A stretch of DNA of 64,000 bases from a virus, in the IMG/VR virus record IMGVR_UViG_3300009678_001576. One strand, given 5' to 3'. Position 1 is the first letter of the stretch. The number at the start of each line of letters is the position of its first letter. The notes beneath the pieces are model-generated. The model worked only from the letters and a program-made list of their open reading frames with translations, had not been told where the DNA came from and made no database searches. Both the position numbers and the translations under genes were made by a program. Below are positions 17,451-25,600 of this stretch, piece after piece.

Positions 17451-18274
17451 TATGGCACTGTCGGGTCAGGCTGATTCGTATAGTCTTCAAACTCTTTAAC
17501 CGCACTATCAAAGGTTTTTTCTCTGGATTTATTTCCAAAAACACTAACCACTGCTTCATAATTTTCCTTGGTCATGGGAGATACAGAAATGTCAGTTGGA
17601 ATAGCAGTTCCACCAATATCAACATCAACTACAATTCTATCTTTTCCAACCATTTTACTACGAGAGGCGGTTTCTCCATCGGGTACATGTTTTTTATAGC
17701 CCGCCTGTTCTAATCCCATAACTAAACCATCTGGTTTAAAAGCAAGACTAGCATCTACACCAATATAATCTTCTGGCGGAAGTACATAAATAGAGTATCT
17801 GCCGGCGACTTTACCCCTGTGTGGTTCTATAATGGACTTCAATTGTAGTAGTTCTTTATGCAATTGATTATTTATTCTAGGTGCAGGCCCAGAACTCCAG
17901 GGCTGTCCGGTTAGAGGACTATGAGTTAGCGGGTCTAATTTAACGTTTTTGCCCACGCCCAATATTTCACGAGCCTTATCCATATTAATTAGAGGCTTAT
18001 CTTTTGGTCTATTTGGGTCCATTAATTCTTTATCACCCATCTGAATAGCATTGGTTAATTCAGTAAATTCTTTAGAGGTTAGACCCAAGTCTTCACCAGA
18101 CATACCAACAAGTGCTTTTCTAGCCGCTAAGACGTTATCATCCTTTAAAGCTCTAATAAGACTATTTTTAGATGCCTCTTTAATAAGAATAGTATCCAAT
18201 ATATCGGCCTCTTGGTATAGGCCAGATTTATCTAATTTGTTGGCTAAGTCGGACAATATTGTAAATGGGTTCAT
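17450..18274 (-). CDS. Hypothetical head protein with N-terminal helical tag plus K-x-A site
   Basis: 274 aa; ILSDLANKLDKSGLYQEADILDTILIKEA. Confidence 0.85.
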   Translation of the reverse strand: MNPFTILSDLANKLDKSGLYQEADILDTILIKEASKNSLIRALKDDNVLAARKALVGMSGEDLGLTSKEFTELTNAIQMGDKELMDPNRPKDKPLINMDKAREILGVGKNVKLDPLTHSPLTGQPWSSGPAPRINNQLHKELLQLKSIIEPHRGKVAGRYSIYVLPPEDYIGVDASLAFKPDGLVMGLEQAGYKKHVPDGETASRSKMVGKDRIVVDVDIGGTAIPTDISVSPMTKENYEAVVSVFGNKSREKTFDSAVKEFEDYTNQPDPTVP

Positions 18275-18285
18275 AGTTTAATCCG

Positions 18286-18642
18286 TTATTTATCTGCCTT
18301 TTCCTTTTTAGCCATGGCCTTCTCAGCCCTTTCTTTGGCTTTTTCTCTTTTAGCTTTAGCCTTTTCCTTTTCTTCTTTTTTCTTTTTCATTTCTTTTAAC
18401 TTAAGCATTTTCTTTTTCTTGTCTTCTTTTGCCTTGGCCGCTTCAACAACCAATGCGTCTATCATGGTTGCTGCTTCAACATGACCAGTAGTATCTAATT
18501 CGTTAGCAAGAGAAACGAGGTCTTCAAGTTTTAAACCTGCTCGTTCTGCCAACAATTGAATGGCTTGGTCAATTTCATCTGCTTCTGAATATAAGCCTTT
18601 ACGATCCATGTCGGTCGCAAGCTTGAATAGTTTGGTTAGCAT
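18286..18642 (-). CDS. Two helical tags plus Lys/Glu-rich tail
   Basis: 118 aa; KLATDMDRKGLYSEADEID and SLANELDTTGHVEAATMID. Confidence 0.85.
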   Translation of the reverse strand: MLTKLFKLATDMDRKGLYSEADEIDQAIQLLAERAGLKLEDLVSLANELDTTGHVEAATMIDALVVEAAKAKEDKKKKMLKLKEMKKKKEEKEKAKAKREKAKERAEKAMAKKEKADK

Positions 18643-18658
18643 ATATCCTCCTGCTATC

Positions 18659-18985
18659 TTACATTATATCTCTATTTTTTCTGGTAAAGTCTTTCCCGGT
18701 TCTAATCATTGATCGAAGCGTCTCTAATAGTTCAAAGCCAGTATCGGCTTCCCAAATTAATTCTATTTTAAACTCATTAAGATAGAATTCATGGCCAGTC
18801 GGGCTTTTTAGGGTTATAATACCGCACTCTTCATCATAATCTATAACAGTTGCGCGTAAAATAAAGCGATTAAAGGTGGAGAATTGGTCTAATTCAATAT
18901 ATTCGGATTCCATACCGGTAAAGATTTCGACTTCTTTGCCTTGAAATTTTTTAAAAAGAAACTTGCCCATTCCTGCGGCGGCCAT
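18659..18985 (-). CDS. Hypothetical small beta-rich protein
   Basis: 108 aa; TAATG coupling with the upstream gene. Confidence 0.75.
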   Translation of the reverse strand: MAAAGMGKFLFKKFQGKEVEIFTGMESEYIELDQFSTFNRFILRATVIDYDEECGIITLKSPTGHEFYLNEFKIELIWEADTGFELLETLRSMIRTGKDFTRKNRDIM

Positions 18986-19155
18986 TATCTACCTCTTCGT
19001 TTTACAGTATAAGTGGGTTTATTTGCGGTTATAGCATATCTTTGAGCCTTTTTAGCGCAATCATCACAAGGCTTTTTATAAGGCTTAGTATATAAACCCT
19101 TAGAATGAATAACGGTTTTATTAGGTTTTTTATTTTTATCGCAAGGGCAAGCCAT
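18985..19155 (-). CDS. Small basic Cys-containing protein (MACPCDK...CDDC)
   Basis: ATG at 19155 with SD GAGGTG is preferred over TTG 19176. Confidence 0.6.
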   Translation of the reverse strand: MACPCDKNKKPNKTVIHSKGLYTKPYKKPCDDCAKKAQRYAITANKPTYTVKRRGR

Positions 19156-19187
19156 TAAACACCTCAAAGCACTCAATTATTGTCTTT

Positions 19188-19198
19188 TTATTAGTAGA
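19188..19198 (-). promoter_or_regulatory. Candidate late promoter motif TCTACTAATAA
   Basis: Immediately follows the polyprotein stop; identical to the copy at 344-354. Confidence 0.5.
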
Positions 19199-19654
19199 TT
19201 ACTCTTCCTTCATACGCATAATCATCCATTTCTTACCGTCTGTTTTATGCAAAGTATAGGCCCCTTTCTCTTTTTTGCCATATAACTTGAACTTAATAGT
19301 ATCTTTTTCCCATTTAATAAGTTCATATGTTCCAGTATCATGTATATCTACATGTCCCTTACCATAGCCCTCTTCTATTTCTCCCTCAAATTTATTATAT
19401 TCGATAGGATGATCTTCTGTTTGTTGGACAAATAATTTTTCATTTCCAGTGGGTAATTTGTGTTTAGGAATAGCAAAAGAGGTCATTGCTCCGTCATCAT
19501 TCTCTAATCTCAAATCAAAGTGTAATCCGGCCGTATCAGCATCGTGTTTTTGGATGACGAAGCGATATTTATTCTTACCACTTTCTACTTTACCTTCTGG
19601 TTCTGGTGTTTTATCAAATTCGCGTTTCTTTTTATATTCTTTTAACTTATCTTT
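19199..19654 (-). other. Polyprotein module: LigD-type 3'-phosphoesterase (PE) domain
   Basis: EYKKKREFDKTPEP, FVIQKH..HFDLRLE, EDHPIEY, EGYGKG, DTGTY. Confidence 0.9.
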
Positions 19655-22600
19655 AGCACGCTTGGATAGCCATGACGAAAGTTTCATCGGCTCCTGTTGT
19701 AATTGCAATAATTCTTTCTTAGGTTCCTCTGGCTGTTCATAGTAATGAACTGTTCCATCTGGGTTCCAACGGCCTTCTTCGCCTTCAAAGTTCGGGGGAG
19801 TTGCCTCATATTTAGCCGTTTCATCCTCTTGGCCTCGATAATACTCTTCGTATTCTGCGACTTCTTCTGGAGACTTCTGATATTCTCTGATTTGTTCTTC
19901 TAGGCCATACACATCACCTTCCAATATATGGCGTATTGGCATCATGTCTTCTTGCTCTTGTGCTTTTAACTCTTCAATTTCACTAGGAGACATCTGCTTA
20001 TTGTTCCATCTTGCAAGACGTTCTTTGGCCTTAATTAGTTCATCCTGAAGTTTAAGTATCTCTTTAGAGTAATCCTTCCACTCATAGACGGGTTTTTGGC
20101 CTTCCAGTTCCCTAAGCTTAACCATAGTTTCATACTTTTTTCTTTCCAGCCATTTACGATGATTTGGGTCTTGTACGGTTTTTAGATTTTCATCCAAATG
20201 TCGTATTACCTTTTTTATATATTCTACTTGAGATTTTGGGTCTTGAACTATAGCTAATTCATTGGCTGCTCGTTTAGATATACTTTTCCCGCCAAGCCTA
20301 AATCGTTTCCTGTAGTCACCATTCCAGATTTCTACGCTTTCAATAGTCCAAGAGCCATTAGGAAAGTCTTTATCATATTTTTCTTTGCCAGGTTCCATGT
20401 ATTCGAGCGTCACGTGAGGCTTATAGTCTGGAAAATGGTCATCTATTTCAATGCCAGCGTTAGAAATACCTTCCTTTAGTTTGTCGTGGAACTTATGCAG
20501 GTCTTTCGAAATAACCTTTAATTTAGCAATCTTACAACCATCGGAATGTTTTGAGGCAGGAAAATATGAAACATTTTCATCTAACTTTACATCAAATGGT
20601 TCATAGTTACTAACAATTTCTTTTACTGTTTCTTCCAAAAGCTCTTCGTCCTTCTTTGGAACTTCACCAATAAACAAAACAGTTACATGTGGTTTTGAGT
20701 CGTCATGGTCGCCCAAAGACGGAAATCCCTTTGCCAAATCACCAGGAACTACTGCAAATATACCAGCCTTTGCATGTTTCTTGGGTTTGGCTCTTTTGGA
20801 AATGGAGGCGGACTTAATTATATTATGAAGTTCGCGATATAATTCTCTTACCATCTTCTCATAATATTGTGGTTTGTTTTCTTTTAAAATTTTAAGACGT
20901 CTATTTTCTAGAACAAATTCTCTAAATCGTTGCTCCATAACATATTTATAAACCTCTGGTCTATTTTTTTGCAAAGTTTTTATATTTAATTCACTAATAT
21001 GAAGTGGTTCTTTGGAATATCTTATTATAGCAGATATCTCTGCCTCACTCAATGGCAAAGAAATAACGTCTCTCTTCATATTGGCAAACTCATCCCGCAG
21101 ATTAGTATAAAATTCTATATCAGATAGAGTATGTTGAGGGCCAGTGTATTGTTCTTTGTGTTTGTATAATTGAAGTGTTTTGGGATTATAATAAGTTGGT
21201 AGCCCGGCCATACCTATATCTTTTCCCTTTTGTTGAGAAATGGCAGCTCTCATAATTTCTTGCATCATATGAACCAATTCGTGCTTTATAGTTCCAGAGA
21301 TTTCTTTTAACTCGTCACTAAGTCTGGCTTTAAAATCTTCCTCTAGGTATCTCATGTCCTCGGCATCTTTATTGCGGCTGCTTTGTTCTTGTAGAAAATT
21401 AACTAATCTATAAACACTACCTATAATTGTGATTATAGGGTTTCCATCATTATTATTATAACTACCGGCACTGTTAGTTTGCTTACTGCTTTCTCTGGAT
21501 AATTTTATTGTGACTTCTTTAAATTTTCCATTTTTGTGAAGTAATTGTAATTGCGGTTCAATAATTGTATATTGTTTAGTATCACTTACATCTATTTCCA
21601 TAATTATCGATTCTTGACTAGTTACATGTGGGATATCTTTTGCCAATTGTGAGACCAGAGTAGCCTTAGCACCGTCCTCGAAGGCAATAGCAGAAGCAAC
21701 GGCCCTTTGTATCATATAAGCATATTGATCAGATGTTTTATCAACAAATGAAATATAATCTTTACTATTTGCGTCATTTAATTTATTTATAACAAAAGAC
21801 TTAGTCACCGGCTCACCCAAATGGAATTCACCTGGTTGGCTGGAGCGTATGAATTCTTCTAACTTTCTATCTTGTTTATCAACCCAATCCATATCAATAA
21901 AATCAAATGTTAGAGTATCAGTCTTTTTATCATATTCCATACGAGATGAGAAAAAATAGTTACCTACATCACCCTTTACATCTATATTACCATTTTCATT
22001 TCTACTTATGGTTAATGCTGGCGCCAATGTATTTATATTCAATACAATTTTGTCTGGTGTATTTTCAACTATAGCTATATTGCCATCTTCAGTACTTATA
22101 TCCAATTCTTGCTTCCAGTTATCGCGTTCTATAGTTCTATATTGTTTGTTTACAGATTCTATAGCAGTTAGAATTAACTTTTTAAGTCGTATTTTACTAT
22201 TGGTATATTCTTTAAAGTCATTTGCCCAGTGTTGCCTGTCTTCCTTGATTGTATCTCCAATAACTACCGGCGCCAACCTTAAAGCACTGGATGGCTTTAT
22301 TCTACGCTTTTCGATGTCAGCAAAAGCTGTGCCAGGTAAGGCCATCTTTACCCATTCCATAATGTTTTGGTGCATCTGCTTTGGGTAATCGACTACGCCA
22401 GCTCGTTTAGAAATCAACGACGCTCTACTTTTTTTTAAAGCCTCTTTGGCCGTTTCTTCTAAAGAGCGAAAGTCTTTAAAGCGTTCAAGCGGTAACAGCA
22501 CTTCTAAAAAGAATTGCGGATCTCGTACAGCAACACTCTGCATAGCTTCATTTAACCTGGGGGCAAATTGTTTAGTATCAAACAAACCCATAGTAAAGTA

Positions 22601-25600
22601 TAATTTAGGTCGCGATACTAATAAGTTATTTAGAGCCATTTCGTCTATATTTTGATAATTTGGATTATTTTGAAGATTACTTATAAAATATACTTCTGGA
22701 AATCTTTTAGCAATTTCTTCTACAGCCATCCGTTCCAGATGAGGAAATCTTTTAGCAAATTCTGGATAACTTATAAATATAGTTGGATCTTTTTTAATTT
22801 GTTCGAGCACTTCGGCATCAGTTAAAGAGGGCCTTACTATCATTTCCGGAGGCAATTCTTCATCCTCAATATGTCGCACACCAAACTCTTCAGAGTCCAT
22901 GGGATACTCTATCAGCGATTCATCATATTTGGGCAGCTCAAATTCTTGAGAGTTATATTCTTTCTTAAACTCCATTGTAGGTTCGGTGGCCCTCTTGCTG
23001 ATTAAAAAATCAGCACTCTTTGCTAAATCCATTTGTTGGTATAATTGTTTGGCAGAGGCAATAGCATCGTCTTTAGTGGCTGTTGGATTTTCCAGTTGCC
23101 ATTGGATTAATTCCTTATTAAGAACACCAACCCACTTACCACCTTTGCGGCCGAAGAGTTTCATGAGCTCATCACCCGTTAATAGAGGTTTCATAGTATG
23201 GGCTTTTTCTAGACCCATATTTTTAATTTGCTCTTTTAGGCTCTTGTAGTAAGTCGGATTATAGGTAGGTAGCCAATCTTTCTTTTTGGCAGAAGCATCA
23301 GCCTGGGCAATATCTATGGCATTCTCCCAATCATCACCAATCATACGAACGAAATTACCAAGTTGCTTGCGCGTCATATTAGCAATTTCAGAACTATCTT
23401 GTCGCTCTGGATTAACTCGGCGAGCAGCATCAATTAGTTTCTTGATACGCTCTATTTCTTCGGTTCGTACGCCAGGAAGATTCTTTAGCATATATTCGGC
23501 AATGGATATACTTGATTCCTCGTGACCATGATAAGTGCTTACTATCTTGCCGCCAATTTCTTTAGTACCATGAATCTTGGGGTCTAATTTACCAACATCA
23601 TGTAGGAAAGCTGCAAGGTTAACTGCAAACTTATCAGCATCATTTAAATTACGGTCTTTTACGATTTGTTGTAGATTACCAAGAGTTTCAGAGATATGAT
23701 CCCAGATGTTTAATTGGTGATGTGGATTGTTTTGATCCATCTCCCATTCTTTGGTGCCTTCTGGGAGCTTTAGAACCTCGGAGCGCAAACCTAATTCCTT
23801 AATTAGCTGAAGAGCCCAAACAGGACTAGGCCCAGCTACCATTTTTCGTAGCTCGGCCTCAATTCTTTCTCTAGAAATCTTGCCCCTAAAAGACTCTTGA
23901 ACTTCTGGGTCTTTAGCAGCCTCCATAAGTTCTGGGGCCAACTTAAACCCATACCTTGAAGCAAAGCGTATTGCTCTTAAAATACGAAGTGGATCGTCCA
24001 TGAAGGTTTTCTTTGGATTTATAACCTGGGACTCGTCGGTGATACCAACTTGTGACCAAATCTCTTTTGGCGGAATTGGAGTTCTAATGACACCGTTCTT
24101 AATATCCTCAACACCAGTGCCAGTCAAGTCTTCTACTTTGCCATCATTAATATTGTAGAATAAAGCATTAATGGTAAAGTCTCTGCGATACGCATCTTCC
24201 AAGGCAGTTCCTGGAACCATTTGAGGAATGCGAGTATTGGCATCATACTTTTCTGCACGTAGATTTACAAAGTCAATACTCTCATCTAGAAGATTAACTA
24301 CAGCGGTTTCAAGATGTTTCGATTGGTCAGGCCTTGCTTCGATTACGCCAACGGACTTTGCCGGGACGCCCTGCATTCGAGCATAGGCCAACGCCTTTTC
24401 AGCGAAATCTTTGCCGGACATATTATCAACGGCAATGTCAATGTCCTTGCTATTCTTACCCATTACTTTATCACGAACCCAACCACCAGCTACACGAATA
24501 GTGGATTTGAGACCAAAGTGTCTGATAGCTCCGAGCAAGATATCGAAAATTTGTTTTTCTTTATCTGATATTTGGATGTCGGGAACTTCGGCAGCTAACT
24601 TTTTTTTAGCTGCTCTTTTTGATATTTTCATTGAAGATGTGATTTGCTCAAGTTGGTCTAATTCTAATTCAACTTTATTTGGGTCTTTTATATTGCGCGC
24701 GTTATTGGCACTCTCAACATAATCTGGATAATCTTTGTCGAGTCCAAGGTCAAAGAATGAGTCTGGATTAGTATCAACCAATTGTATAATGGCACCACGT
24801 CCCAATTCAGGGAAGTTGTGGTGTAAGTGGTAATAAAAGAACGCACGAACATCCTGCTGCGAAAGAGCTTCCGCGGCAGATTGTAATAAGGCTTTAAATG
24901 GTTCCTCTGGGCGCTCGTGATACTTAAATACGAAATAGAATTTGGCATTATCCTTAAGCATATTCTTTAGGGCATCGGATTCCAATTTAGGATAAGTTTT
25001 GTGTAAGCCGCGATAGAAAAAAGTATCTGGTTCAGTATTAGCTAATTGACCAGCAGAAGACTCGTTGATGTCATGCAATTCAATACCAGGATTTTTGCGT
25101 TCTAAAAACTTTGGAGTCTTCTCAAACCAATCTCCCATTTGGTCATCTTTACCAAACCCAATATCGCCCTTTTGTTCTTCTGGCAATTTAACTTGTGGTT
25201 TTTCAACTTCTACTTCAGCGAGCATTTCCTCAGCTCGAACCGAAATAAAGGCTTTTTTCTCGCTTCCAATTGGTTGTTTAACCCCACCTTTACTTTCGTG
25301 TATAGCATATGGAACACGAATATTACCGTTATCCTTCAAGGTAGTAGTGTCGGTGCGCACACCAGCGCCCTTTACTATTCCAGTAGTAAATCCCTCATAG
25401 CTCTTATTTAACTCTTCACACATATCGCGTAGCTCGTTTCTCAAAGAATCAACATCCTTTTCTTGTTTTAAAGCAAATTCGATATGATAGCCTGAACCAC
25501 CACTTTCATAAATGATTGGTGTTGTGCCGTATTTATTTTTAATTTCTTTGGCTACGTCATTAGCATATTCTTTAGCTTTCTCTTTTGGGAAATTACCATG

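Noticed and set aside
22429-24607. A8 runs beside polyprotein linkers (22429-22436; A AAA AAG at 24599-24605) as truncating frameshift sites
   Set aside because: The -1 frames close after 1 and 12 codons, and no stimulator is evident. Such runs are expected in Lys-rich linkers of an AT-rich genome, so they cannot be distinguished from chance without a reporter assay.
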